From contig CM059437.1 of NCBI GenBank assembly GCA_030390025.1, positions 13,268,001 through 13,332,000 on the forward strand: a DNA stretch of 64,000 bases, in the 5' to 3' direction. How positions within the stretch are numbered: position 1 is the stretch's first letter; each line of letters starts with the position of its first letter. Source of the DNA: Squalus acanthias (Eukaryota). A model generated the notes under the pieces. That model was not told the DNA's origin, did no database searches, and saw nothing but the letters and a program-made list of their open reading frames with translations. The position numbers and the translations under genes were made by a program. Below, piece by piece: positions 35,889 through 49,633 of this stretch.

Positions 35889-38800
35889 TATGGTTCCTAT
35901 CCATCACCAGGACCATACACTTCCACCTCCGCAACATCGGCTCCACGACTGCTGAAATCTTTATACATGGTTTTGTTGCCTAAATGGTTTGACATTTCAA
36001 ATGCCTTCTTTTGCAAGCTGTTTCCTATACAAACTCCAACTTGTCCAAAATCCCACCACCTACTTCCTGTCTGGCAGCATGCCTTGTTTGCCCATTATTC
36101 TTGTCCTCACCAACCTCCATCAACTCCCAATTCAAAATCTTCATCTTCACTTACAAATTCCTCCATTGCCTTGCCCAAGCCGATCACTGCAATTTCGTCT
36201 GACCCTACAGTTGTCACACTCGGGGCCTCCTGTGCATCCTGGTGTGTTTCACTGACAAACATACAAAATTGATGGGCAGGAAAAGATCAGCTGGTCCATC
36301 AAGCCTGCCCCGCTCCGTGACAGTCGAAGCATCATGACTAAACACTTCCTTCCCCAGCAAACCCCACCCCCCCCCACTTTAATTTCCTGGGGGGAGGCAA
36401 AAAACACAGGTCCAAAGGGGAAAATGCTCTGTAAAATACCTCTCCAACCTCAAGTGATCAAAATCAGTGCTGGAGATCACTGTGGCAAAGCTTTCAGCAT
36501 CTAGGTCCCACTCTCTGAAACGACCTCCTTAAACCTCTTCACCTTTTTACTTCCCTCCCTATTTTTAAAAGCCTCTTCAAAACCTCTCTTTTGAACCACG
36601 CCTGCAGTCAACTCTCCTACTACTGCATGTTTAACATAACAAAATGTCTCAAGGCACTTCAGGTACGAGGGAACGGGCGCGTACTCTCCAATATGAAGTA
36701 ACTTGGGGCTGTTTATTATGTTAAAGGCGCTAACGTAAAGACAAATTGTTTTTGTACTGGAGACCCAGCATCCCATGACTGAGTTTATGCTCACACAGAC
36801 TTCATGAATGACAAGACATGCATCAAGAAAAGCTCACAGGGACAGTTAAAATGAATTTGTTGAAAAAGAAAGTATTTAAGATGCAAAACTTAAATCAGCC
36901 ATTGACTGTTTGCGTCAGAATTGTCCCTCAAAAAATGGTAGGAAACTCCCAAAGGTGTACATTAACAAAGAAATGCTACAGGATGCTTACATAAAACTCC
37001 AGGCTTTCAGCAGGGTGTTTGGAAAAGGAAGATCACCACCAGTTATTGCAGCCTTTAGATTGTCAAAGCAAGTGGAAAATTTATGGAGACGCTCTGGCTT
37101 TGATACACAGAGCACAGAACTGGTTCGCACTGTTGCTATGCGAGAAATTCGCATGCACACAAAGCCCAGACATTTACTTTCAGCCATAGTCATATTAATG
37201 GCAATCTTAAAGTGAAATGAAAATGGAATGTAGATAAACAAATGCAATTAAGTTCAAGTTAATTAAAAACACAGTTTGGTAGGCATTATGTTTTAAATTA
37301 CCTGTTGCCAACTTGGCAAATGTGGTGTTAAGAGACAAAACAACATTGGATCTGCCAGACACGTTGATTTCTACCAAATGTCATGGGAGGCTTCAAGTCA
37401 AACAGCAAAGGCTGGTGACTTCCACATTTGTGCGCTGGGTATAAAGAAGCAGCTGCCTTCAGCTCTTTCATTTGTATTGTTTACACCAGGGTTCTTCCCA
37501 GTGATCCATCCCAATTCCCCACGTTTAAGCTTTGCAATCTATAGGGACTGTGCTATATGTTTAAGTTACCAACAAAATTCAAATCAAATACATTAAGTGG
37601 AAGTAATCCACTAATACAGCTGCACCCCAGAAGAACTGGCATGTTTTCAGCTCCTGGGATTATGCCTCTGATCAGTTGCAGTACTTGGCAGGCATTGTAC
37701 AACAGTTGATTACATTCTCCGTCCCAGCAGCTGAAAATAGACTGGTGAATGGAGATTGGGTAGTTCAGTGTTAGAAGACAGTCCTTTCACCTGCAGGAAT
37801 ATAATCCATCTCAGACTGATGGGTTAAAAGTCTCCTCTCCATCACCTCTAAAGGGTCTTAAACTAAAATGGGTTTGGGCAGTACCAGCCCATTTCCTTAC
37901 AGCTCAAAACTACCGATATTTTGGTGGTAAGTCTGTAACCTCACTCAATGATTTGGGGAAAATAGAAATGTCACATTGCTACCTGGAGGAGGTACTGTAC
38001 TGAGGTTGTCGTCGAAACACCTTGGGCAGAGTACAAGGAGTTTACATCTAACCTGTGCACACCTGACCTGGGAGCACCTGACGCTGACAGTGAATAGAAA
38101 AATATTTAATTCCCCAATACAGACATCTCTCATCTTTATGAAGTCAAGACAATATATTTTTCATAATGTAACAAATATATTACTTCCTTTTGAAATTGCA
38201 CCATAAATTGGGTAGTTTCACAAATGAGGGTAGGATAGCTATAATTATTCAGACCTTGATACTGTCTGCACGTATGAACATAAATGGAATATAAAATATC
38301 CCAACATTCCCATTGTAAATACGTAAATTACTTTAATTAAAAGCTCATGCATTTGCAATACTCTATATGCGCTTGTATTTCATTTATACATATCATAACC
38401 ACATGAACACAATCATGGGCAAATGAATTATTACACGGAACGGGCGAGCACTATACCTCACAGAGGCAGAGCGTCCCACCTCAGGGAACAGTTGGCATTT
38501 TCATTCATCATCCATCTTGCTTCACAGCAAGTGTGCTGCAAGGGGAACAAAGACATCAAGCATCCTTTTAAAGCTCTAGTTTATAAAAAAAAATGAAACT
38601 AGAGTAGCAAGAACTACTGCACATCAGATTCTGGCTATAGATAAAGCACCATATTTAATTTAGGTGCTGTAAACTTTATTTTTTTTATTTTTCTTTAAGT
38701 AAGAGCAGAACCTTTTCTAAATACTATTCCCCCCCCTCCCCCACCCCCACCACCACTCCCTACCCCCGCCGGTTTCTCCCACCCTCTCAAGGTGCTGACC

Positions 38801-39109
38801 TATGCTGGGGTGCAGTTCTACGGCTTCCAGTGACCCTTTGCTACCTTGTTCCATTATGTGAATGTAGACAGTGAGCATAAGTAGACTATTCAAACATGGG
38901 AGGCATCGTAACCGAGCCTGATCCTGTCCGTAAACGTGCATTTCCCAGCAGGGAGGAGGGATCGCCACTGCATAACGGTCAGGCGTGACAATCCAACCTG
39001 ATTGTGTTCCCCCTTCGCATTAGGGTCAGCTTGGCTTAGGTGCCAGTACTCTACCCTTGGAGTTAGAGGCTGTAAGTCCAAGTCCCACTCTTCAGCTCGA
39101 GTACATATT

Positions 39110-39859
39110 GGCCCAGAAATTAAACATCGATGGTTCCCGCGGGGGTAAGGATTCCCCGCGATATCGCACTCCGCGCCTACCTTTTTGCTCCGGGCCCACA
39201 CGAACTTCAGTTTCAGGGCCTCTCCCTGTTGCCGGCGTACAGTGCTTGTGTGTCCCAGTGGCGCAATTAGTTCGTGCGAGCTCTGGGATCACGTGATTCA
39301 GTTAGAGCCAATGGCAGCACACCATCTTTCATTCGTAGTTTTGACAGCAAGGGCTGTCAAAGCTATGAATACTACAAGCCCCCAAAAGAACAGCTAAACC
39401 TCAATTAAATTAAAAAAGCCATCACATTAATAAAATAAGTATAGTTAAATAAATTAACCACTTTAAACAAAAAATTAAATTTTTGAAAAAATTTTAAATC
39501 TTTTTAAAAGTTATAAAAATAAACTTACCTTTCTTTAAAGTCTCTAAAAAAGATAAACCTGTTGAAAACAATTTAACATAACACTTAATTAACACTACTT
39601 ACCTTGTTAAAAGGGGGTCCTACGCCTGCTTTCTTTGTGTAAAATCTTCACCACTTACCTGCGCGTTCAAACCTGAAAAAAAAACTAAGTGCACTGGGTC
39701 CGCGCAGCCTGTAGCGCGCACACGGTTCATTTAGGAACCGCCCCCTTTGCAATACACGAAGTGCCGGTTTCCCGCGCATGCAGGAAACTGGCAATTCTGG
39801 AACTAATACGCCAGAGTACACAGTGCGTACTCTCGCGTATTAGGTCTAATTTTCGGGCC
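39110..39859 (+). mobile_element. Structured Harbinger-type MITE, family copy 3 (inserted in an old DeuSINE)
   Basis: TIR GGCCCAGAAATT / AATTTTCGGGCC with flanks ATT/AAT. SINE sequence lies on both sides (39060-39109, 39860-40230). Confidence 0.9.
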
Positions 39860-42800
39860 AATGTAGGATTACTCCAGTAGAGGGGAGTGCTGCATCAGGT
39901 GAGATGGCATCCTTCAGATGAGACGTTAAACCAAGATACCCTCTGCCTCTTCAAATGGCTCAGCTGGCTGGCAAAGATATCATGACACTATTCAAAGAAA
40001 TGTAGAGAGTTCTCTAGGTATCCTGACTAAGAATCCCTCCCCCCCCCCACCTCAACTAAAAGCAGATTAACAGGTCATTCATCTCTCATTGCTTTAAGAA
40101 CTTGCTTTGTACAAAATAGCTGCTGCATTTGCCTGCATAACGTCTTGCACTTCAAGTAATTATCTGAATGTGAAGTGCATTGAGACTTCGCTGAAACACA
40201 AGATAAAGTGCTGTGTAAATGCAAGCCTTTATCCCTGGACCAGGACACAGAAGCTGATTGTAATCAGCCTCTTCCCATTACCTCGGCTAGGATGAGATGA
40301 CCCAGTCCAGATACCTCAGCACAGAGCAGGAATCAAAGCAAGTGTGCTGCAAGGGGGAACGAAGACAGTATCATCTTAAGGCTCTAGTTTCATCTACATT
40401 TTTTTTTATAGAAAGAGTAACAAGCACTGCTGCAGGTCAGACCCTGGCAAAGCACCATGTTTAGTGTAGGTGCTGTAAAGTTTATTTTTCTTTAAGAACA
40501 GCACCTTTCGCACCTCTCCGCCACCGGGCAGGTTTCTCCCATCCTCTCAAAGTGCTGACCTATGCTTCTGGGCTTGCATGGCTCACCAGTCAGTGCTGGG
40601 GCATTAACACGGGAACCATACATTTTTGTTCTTTAAACTTTGTTTCGATGAAAGAGGTGCAGTGAGCAAAAACACGCCATTACGGGGCACGAGTACACAC
40701 CCTCAGGGCTCCACATTTCCTGATCTCAGTTGCAACATTGTAGGGAGGCACGGAGCAGAGAATCTTTTCCTCAGGGAGGAAGAAGAACTGGTCGGACAAT
40801 CACCAGGCTGCTCTCACCCTCCTACTAATGATTGGTTCAGAGCAGCATTGGAGGGCATCAGGAACAATCCACTCACCCATCCTCTTAATCATAATTGGCA
40901 AACGTAGAGATCCCAGTGGAAAACTCAGAAAATGAATTGAAAAAAAGTTGTAAAACATGCAATTTAATATAATTGAACTTCAAGCACGGTCTCAAGAATA
41001 CAAGGTTAGTATTATTTCAAAATTTGAACCCTGAGCCACAGCCCTATGTGTTATTACAGAACCACCTCAACTCTGGCCACAGGGAAGATGTTGGCTGTGC
41101 AGCATCCTGTAGGTTTCCCCTCACCGATGTAAAGCACCTTGGGATGTTTTTCTACATTAAAGACACTATATAAGAGCCAATCGTTGCTGTCTTTGCATCA
41201 GTCGCTCCAGTGAAGTGATTTGATTAGAAAATGCCAAGCTAAACACCTAAAATGTTAACAAGATCAGATTACACTGCCCAGGTGGTTTTGGTCACTGTTG
41301 CCATTGCCTGGGTTGCTAGCTTTTGGCAAGTTCAAAATTGGATAGGGTATAAAACCATGGCGTGAGTTCGAATGTTTCCATTTTTGGCAAAAGAAAATTG
41401 AAAAGCCTTAATAGCTGTTGCTTTCACATGGAGCTGCCAACTATCAGTTTTTTCACACTGACAATCAGAGTTGGCAGCAGCAGGCCTCAGAAATCAGCAC
41501 TTTACAGCCTTGCCTTGGAATTTTGTTAGCATGCAAAAGCAAATGCCAGATTGTGCGAAGCTCAGTGCGTGCATATAAATCATTGCCATTGGGAGATACA
41601 CAGTCTCCTTGGATTTATAAATCAGCAAAGTTCCAAGAATCAGGAGGATAGAGAACACATGGGTTGGTCCCTGTGCTTTACGATTGGAATAAAAATTGCT
41701 TTGTATTTTGTCCTAAGGATATTAGAGACAAATAAGTGTTTGGAAATAAGTAGAATATGACAACACTCCCGTTCCAATCGTACCCACTGATGATCCATTT
41801 TATATGTGCTTTACCAGCACATGCCCGAGACATGTTTCTATGGGGTATGGGGAAAGAGCGGGAATATGGTATTGAGATAGAGGATCAGCCATGATCATAT
41901 TGAATGGCCCACTCCTGGCTCCTATTTTTCTATGTTTCTATATTTCTAAGTGAAAAACTTTAGTCCACAGCCATTTATTTAGAAGCCATCTGTGCTATTC
42001 CTTGATTAGCTTGGTCGCAGGCGCACTTCAGTAATACAAGTAGTAATTCTTGTCAATCTGCCAATATTAGCAGCCTTTCCCTCACTGCCTAAATAAATAA
42101 GAGTAGCAAACTCACTCCTCAGTGAAAGATGAAATACAGATGCCAGGCAAGAGAGTCAGACTCTTTACTTTCTAATGGCTCACAAAACCCACCCGACAAA
42201 TTGTTACTCAGTAAGTGAGGAGCCACCAGTAATGCGCTTTTGCCAGAGGTTGGAGCATGCTCCAATGAGGTTTATATTATGTAAATGTTTTCCATAGTTT
42301 ATTGAAGAGGAAAGGGTTAAAGTGGCACTGGTGGGAGCTCGCACATAGGAAGTACAGATCACAAAAATGTTGCACCCCCCAATTTTGTGTCTGTTGAAAC
42401 CAATGAGAAAAATGCCAGCTTGAACCGGGGGAGGGGATGAATACCAGCTTAACTGGCAGGGTTGGAGGAGGAGAATGTTTCTATGAAAGGAGAGAGAGTT
42501 GGATAGAGCACAGGGTCCCTGAACTGGGTCTTACAGGAGTATTGTGCCTTTGTGAACTGGGATGGTGTGTGGGGGGGTGGATATAGCAAAGTGACTGTGG
42601 AAGCACCTTTTGGGTAAGTGATGGTTTGCTTAGTCGGCTGAAAAAAAAGCAAATGTCACTTTCTTTTTCCTTTTTTATATTAAAAATCTATTAATGGTGA
42701 AGTACAAAAGTGCTTAAAAATAGTCAGAGTGCACCATTTGTAACGGAGACATGTTCTGGGGGGCCATGTCTCTGGACTCTGAGAAATGCACCACTGATTT

Positions 42801-43996
42801 TGTGTCTTCAGCATTTTGATTTCCCCCTTCAAGTTTTCATGTACTTGTTCTTTTCCTCCAACTCAAGTGTAGGAATATTGTGTATATTTACAACTCAAGT
42901 TACAAAGCCCATGTAACTATTCATTTTCATATGTTAGAGCTGTTCTTGAGTGGTCAGATTTTTGGGGGACAGTCATTTTTTTTTAAGCTTGTTAGTTTTC
43001 AGGGTTGGCACCCATGTTTCACATCATGTGTGACACACACATGGCAGGAAAGGATTTCTATCTCTAAAACAAAACGGTTTGTGTCTGATTTTCATTTTAG
43101 ATGTTTCTGTGCAGCATGTTCAGTCCTACCCCAGCCTATTTACTGCGCTTAAGCACAGAAGTACCAGAAAACCAATACAAAATAAAACTTGGAGAAACAA
43201 AGATTCCAATTTGCATGGAACAAATTAGATTGGTTTTGACTTTCATCTTCCTTTTTGAAAGAGATTATCTGTCTGTCTCACTGCCCAAATAGCTCTGCCT
43301 CACTGTTCATGGGATGTTTAGAGGTGGCATCTGAAATCCAAAATTGATCATCTCAGCCTAATTCAGATTGGGAAACAAATTTGGAGCTCATCTCTGAATA
43401 TTTTCAGTTGAAAAAAAAGGAAATGAAACCCCACATCAAAGATAACATATCCTAGAGGAACTGTTTGCTAATCTTTAGTGGATGCCAATATTTAAATGCT
43501 GAGAATTGGTAACTAATATCATAGCTCTGGCACCTAGTTTTCTGCTTCCTGAAGCTGCAAATCACTGTAGCAGACAAGTTTAATAATCCTCAGGATAGGC
43601 TATGTTGAGCAATTAATTTTTTTTTCTTACAGGTCAAGTCTTATTTTAATAGCCTGTACCATTATTCATACACTGATTTCAGTACCAGTGAAGGTACTAA
43701 GGTCCATTCACTTAATTTTAAAACAGGATTGACAAGAAAGATGAAGCAAGTTGTGTTAATATACTTCAGGTGCCTTGTGGTTAATGGTACTGGACTAGCA
43801 ACCCAGAATTGAGAGTTCAAATCCCACCACGGCAAGTTGTGAAACGGAGTTCAATAAATCTGCCAATTTCAGGGTTAGCACCAGAAAATTACCATGAAAG
43901 CTTCAGGATGGTCTTCAGAAAAGGGAGCCCGCCACGTTTAACCAACCTGTGACTCCAGCCCTACACTGTGTTGTGGGCTTTTAATGCCCTCTGACA

Positions 43997-44240
43997 TGAG
44001 GAGAAATTTCTTCACTCAAAAGGGTTGTGAACCTTTGGAATTCTCTACCCCGGAGGGCTGTGGAGGCTCAGTCGTTGAGTATATTCAAGACAGAGATCGA
44101 TGGATTTTTGGATACTAAGGGAATCGAGGGGTATGAGGATGGTGTGGGAAGATGGAGTTGAGGTAGATCAGCCAAGATCTCATTAAATAACGGAGCAGGC
44201 TTGAAGGACCATACGGCCTACTCCTATTTATTATGTTCTT
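43997..44240 (+). mobile_element. CR1-type LINE 3' end fragment
   Basis: RRNFFTQ..V..WNSLP..AVEA terminal motif followed by a short 3' UTR. Confidence 0.7.
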
Positions 44241-47200
44241 AAGTGGCCTAGCAAGCCACCCAGCTGTAAACAACCACTACAAAGTTGCATAAGAAGCCAG
44301 ACAAATCTATTGGCAACGACTGAAGCATTATAATCAGAATAGGACTAATTTCAGCCCAGTCAACCCTGCAAAGTCCTCCTCACTAACATCTGGGGGCTGG
44401 TGCCCGAGATCGGAGAGCTGTCCCACAGGCCAGTCCAGCAGCAGTCTGACGTAGTCATACTCTCAAATCATATTCGTCATCCAACATCCCTGCACAAACC
44501 TTCTTGACTCGATCATATATCGCCATTATTTTGTTGTTGCTGGGTTAATATGTTGGATTTGCCTACCCAACACCATTGTGGGAGCCACAAGGACCACAGC
44601 AATTCAAGGAGAAGGCCCTCTACTACCTTTTCAGGGGTTAGTAGGGATGGACGATAAATGCAGGCTCGCTAGTGTCCCCCAAACAGCGAAAACAGATAAT
44701 AAAAAAGTGGCATATATGAGCAAACTTAAGAAATAAAGTCTTGCATTAACATAGTTTATGCCTGTTCCTTTAAGGCTTGGCAGCATCTTGCTTCTACAAC
44801 TACCATTTTAAATGCATTTCCAGAGCAGATGTTTCCCTTAATGAATTCTTGGGGTAATGAATTTTCTTGGCAGCTTAGACAACTCAACATATCGTAACCT
44901 ACATAACAAGCTTCAAATGTTAAAAATTATTACATTTTTATTGACAGGCATTGACTAGATTAAATGTATAAAAATAACCAGTGGCTATGCATAGATGTAA
45001 TATATCAAAGGGTATAAGAGTTATAACAGTACTCATAAAAACAAGCAATAGTTGTATACTAGATAGTCACTGGCAATAACAGGAGGATCAGGAGAGACAC
45101 AGGAATCATTGTCAAAGAAGTTAAGCTACTTTAGTGAGCCCTTAATCTAGACAGCGAAATAACATGGGCCAAATTTTGTAAAAATACATCTCGATAGTCA
45201 AGGACCTCGTGATAACACAAGACACATTGTTAAAACCTTCCAGATGAGTGAGCCACCCTGTGGTAAAGTGGAACGCACCTCTAGGTGTTGTGTTATGTTG
45301 TACTAATCAAGGACAGATGCAGTCCAATGCAGAGAAATGTGAAGGACAAAGTACAGTGAAATTAAGCGCACCTTAAATGGCGAGACTCTTAACAGAGTGG
45401 AGAGACAGATCAATGGGTGCAGATACATCGATCTTTAAAGATGGGAGTGCATGTAAAAAAAGTCAGACTTGGGAAGATGAATTTTTAAGAAAATATTACA
45501 AGCAAATTCTCAAGTAGTTTCTCAACTGCATTCATCTTTCCGTTATTAGTATGCAGCTAATGACTGCGTAATTAGTGAATGCTGCCAGTGATTAAGCAAT
45601 GGAATAAATCACATGCCATTTTTAGTCATCTCCAATGCTCAGTGGGTAAGATGCACCATACAGTGTGGAATTGAGCCTCACAAATCAGGATGGTTCCAGG
45701 CCCAACCTATGGTCTGTACTGATGTAGTTGATCTTGGCTGCAAATAGGCAGGGAGATAAAACAATGAACCAAGGTAATTGTTTCTGATCGCTGATCAGCC
45801 CCTGCTGGAAAGTGCATGCTTGAACTTGAACGAGGACAGGATCGGGCTCCGTGGTTAAAATAGCTGCGGACATTCATTCATAGTTCCTACATGAAGAATA
45901 GCCACTTGGTTGAGACATCAGAAAACTGCTGGCACCTGTAAAGCTGTCCCCCATCAGGAGTCTGGATAGACACAAGAGGGGAAAAACATGGGGGAACGTA
46001 CAGAAGAGAAAATGTTACTCAGTGGAACCCACTGGATTTAACTGGCTAAGATTTAGTAGAAAGTTCACCCCAGTCCAGGAGAACCTATAATAGTGCAGCT
46101 CTGTCAGGTTTCTGTATGGTCCTGGACATGACAGATCGACAGCTGTCCTTCGGTTTATTTCAGACCCTCTAAAGTAGCAGCTCTACAGTATTGAATTTAA
46201 AAAATAGTGTTAGGTGGAGGGGGAATTAAATGAATGTGAGAGTGAGACATACTGGATAGGGACTCTTATTGGGATTATTGCCACATGAGGTTTATGGGCA
46301 CTGGAGATTTTTAAATTAATTTTTGAGTTGATTAATGTATTCTAAACGATTCATACAAGTCTTATCTATTTTCCAGCACAGACTAATCCCCTGCACGCGA
46401 AATTTAAATAGTGCTAATTATATTCAAATTAATGCCACAGTCCTACTGAATTTTGCTATAAAAAATGAACAGCGATCTTATTGAAATTCCTGAAGACTTC
46501 AACACCACTGATAATGTTTTCATTTGGCAGGCTTTTTTTTTTTTAAATTTACACTTTACAAAAATGTGTCTCTAAATGAGAGGTGCTGTAAATGTATCGA
46601 TTGCACAGTTTGCTTTTAAGCTTGCCTACCACCTTAAATACTCCTAAGGGATCTAAGCTTGCAAACTAAATGAAATTAAGGCTCTTTTAAAGATAATGAG
46701 CTGTAGAAATAAGCAAAGTGTAAATCGGATAGCAACTTCTGGCGACCGCACATGCACAGATATACACGGAAATCCAAAAGTTACTGTCCGATTTGCCCTG
46801 CTCCCCCAGAAGTTGCACTATACCGGCATCTCACTGAGATTGTCACCATTGAAATACATGGAACAGCGTGAAGTTGCTGTACTTACGTGATTTTTACCCA
46901 CTAAACTCGCCAGAAAAAGTTAGGGCTTGTCCTTTCCAGTGTAAATACATTTTTAATAGCGTGATAAGTCTTAATTACTGCCAAACAACCTCACTGGCAC
47001 TGAAAATTAACAAATGTGGAGTCTCATTCCTTCAGATTTTAATTATTGTTGGGAGATTTTTTAATTATTGGAGATTTTTTTTAAATGTCAAAATTTATAT
47101 ATTTTTTAATTTTTTCTTTGTCTCTCATCTCTCTCTTAATCCATTACCATTATTGTACTGTGAATAGAAGCATAGAATCCACAGCTGCCTAATGCTACCT

Positions 47201-47583
47201 TGGATGGTGGCGGCTCGAATACAGTGAACTTTTGTCATTATTCTCCTGTCACCACATCCATCGACCTGAATTGGACTGCAATCCCCGAGTCAGACAGCAC
47301 CTCACTGCTCTCTGGAGGTTCAATTGTAGTCCTAGACTTGCATCATAGACCATCATTGTGCTTGACAAAATGGATGCAATACTTTAATTTTCTGTCTGCT
47401 GGCTGTAAGGGTCCTACATGAAATGAGTTTCATCATTTTCACCCAGTTCCTAGTGGGCACAAGCTTACACCACAAAACTGTCCATGAATTGGCAATTTCA
47501 CTTAAAAACAAATAGGACGGAGCTTTACTCTACATCTGGTTGTGTAAAAACTGACCTGATGCTGGTGTGATGCGGACACTAGA

Positions 47584-49238
47584 GGGCAATTATAGCCCTG
47601 CCCACCCCATCTAGCTCACTGCCTAACCCAATTGGAGTGCCAGTGCTGGTGCCTGGGAGGGTGGAACTCTTGCTGCCGAGCAGGACCTAGAGGAAAGAGA
47701 AATGGACAAGAGTTAGGATGGCATTGAGGGTTGGGCATTAGAAGGTGACACTTCATAATGCAGCTTGAAGTTGTGAAGCTTGCGGAGGTGAATGAAGGGC
47801 TACAAGTAATATGCAGGCACCCTGCTCAGGTAAGCCACCAGCCTCGCCTTCCCCAATGATCATGGTTTTTCCTGGGCCAGTAATGTTCAGGGGTTCCTCC
47901 TGCTCGGTTTGGGTGAGGACTTCTATGTTTAGGTGCACCTCCTCCCCCCCCAGTCTTGCTCCTCTCCCTGGCATTATTTACAATCTTGTCCTACAAAAAG
48001 AGAGTGTGAGTTAGTGAGTGGCTGTTGAAAAGGTAAGTGGAGATGTGTGAGGCTTCTGCATGTAGTGCTTCTGCTGAGAAACATAGAAACATAGAATCTA
48101 GGAGCAGGAGTAGGCCATTCGGCCCGTCGAGCCTGCTCCACCATTCAATACGATCATGGCTGATCATTCAAATCCAGTACCCTGTCCCTACTTTAATCCC
48201 CACAGTACACATATCCCACCCTACCCCCGTAATCCCACGTATTTAATTCCCCCTAACATATCCCATCCTATCCCCATAACCCCACATATTTAATCCCCCC
48301 CTAACACTAAGGATCAATTTATCATAGCCAAATCAACCTAACCCGCACATTTTTGGACTGTGGGAGGAAACCGGAGCACCCGGAGGAAACCCACGCAGAC
48401 ACGGGGAGAATGTGCAAACTCCACACAGACAGTCACCCGAGGTCAGATTCGAACCCGGGTCCCTGGCGCTGTGAGAACTGGATGAAGTAAGAGAGAATCA
48501 GAATGGGAAAGTGATGAATGTGAAGTGAAGGAGTCCTGGGAGGAGCTGTTGATAGTGTAAGTGCTAGGATGTGAGAAGAGAATGCTGTTGGTGTGTAGTG
48601 TGAAGGGAGCAAAGCAAGAGAGTCGTTTGGATTGAAAAAAGTGTTGCATGTGCACTTGTGATTATATGCTGAAGGATATGTAGGAGGGGAGGGAATTATT
48701 GAGTGGTGGGGGAATGGGTGAATGGAGTGTTGACAGATGTTCTTGAATGAGATGGAGAGATTAAGAGCTGTACCCACCCATAACTACTCGAGATCATTGA
48801 GCCACTTCCGACACTGAACTCAGGTCCTGGGGTGATGCTGCCGACACTAACCCGCTCAGCCACCTCTGTCCAGTCGCCCTGGGTAGGCTCATGTGGGTGC
48901 TGGGAAATAGTGCCTCCCCCTTTGCCCTAACCACCTCCATAAGGAGCTCCAGGCTGGCATCAAAACATTCTGGGGGCAGCTCTGCGACTCATTCTCCTAA
49001 GGGCCCTTCTTCCAGCAGCATAATAGTGAAATCTGGCATCAGGGAGTGCAACCTCACTTTAAATAGGCCTAGGACGGCCCACCGGAAATTGAGCCACAAA
49101 AATGGGTACGCAACCTGTTTCTTAACGTGATTGGGTGGGCAGCCCGTCAATCATATTAAAATGAGGCGATTTTAACCACTAATGATGTTATGGGAACTTG
49201 CCGCTCGCCTCCCCTAACCAGAGTTAAAAATCAGAGCT
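47584..49238 (-). mobile_element. Decayed Harbinger Myb-gene fragment, interrupted by an HE1 SINE
   Basis: 48790-48875 on the minus strand translates as WTEVAERVSVGSITPRT*VQCRKWLNDL. Boundaries are approximate. Confidence 0.65.
48078..48475 (-). mobile_element. HE1-like V-SINE with CR1-derived tail
   Basis: V-domain-like CTCCGGGTGCTCCGGTTTCCTCCCACAGTCCAAA on the minus strand. Near-identical to the 62175 copy. Confidence 0.85.
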
Positions 49239-49582
49239 TTGGTATCTGAAATGGAAAATAATGAGCACAATGGAAGGGCCCATATTAAAAGGCAGCTGGT
49301 GCGAGGTAGTGTTTTTTTTTTGGCGTTCATGGCGAGGGATGCTGGGGAATGAAACTCTTCCCATTTCAGGCACCCAGTGTTAGCACTCACAAGCCAGGTA
49401 TAGCCCAGCTGAATGCAGAGTAAAGCGGTCTACTCTGCCCCAACTTCAGAACAGTAACCCCACTACGCCCGTGCCATATGTTTTCTATTTCTGACACCAA
49501 CCATCCTGCGGCCTGTGAAAGTGCGATTCAACAGCGGCCTCCTTGTCGCGCTTGTGTTTGGATACGGTGTTTGTTCTTAAGC

Positions 49583-49584
<2 letters not shown>

Positions 49585-49631
<47 letters not shown>
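49585..49631. repeat. (GA)n microsatellite
   Basis: About 23 perfect GA units. Confidence 0.95.

Positions 49632-49633
<2 letters not shown>

Larger units (their letters stand above)
32790..36670 (+). mobile_element. Decayed L2-like LINE 3' fragment, split by a Harbinger derivative
   Basis: LNIGKTKVI-like segment before 32940, resuming at ~35892 (...FHLRNI). Similar to the L2 relic at 52455. Confidence 0.6.

Noticed and set aside
36910-37215. 101-aa ORF as a novel gene
   Set aside because: Non-ATG start, no recognisable domain and no clear splice context.
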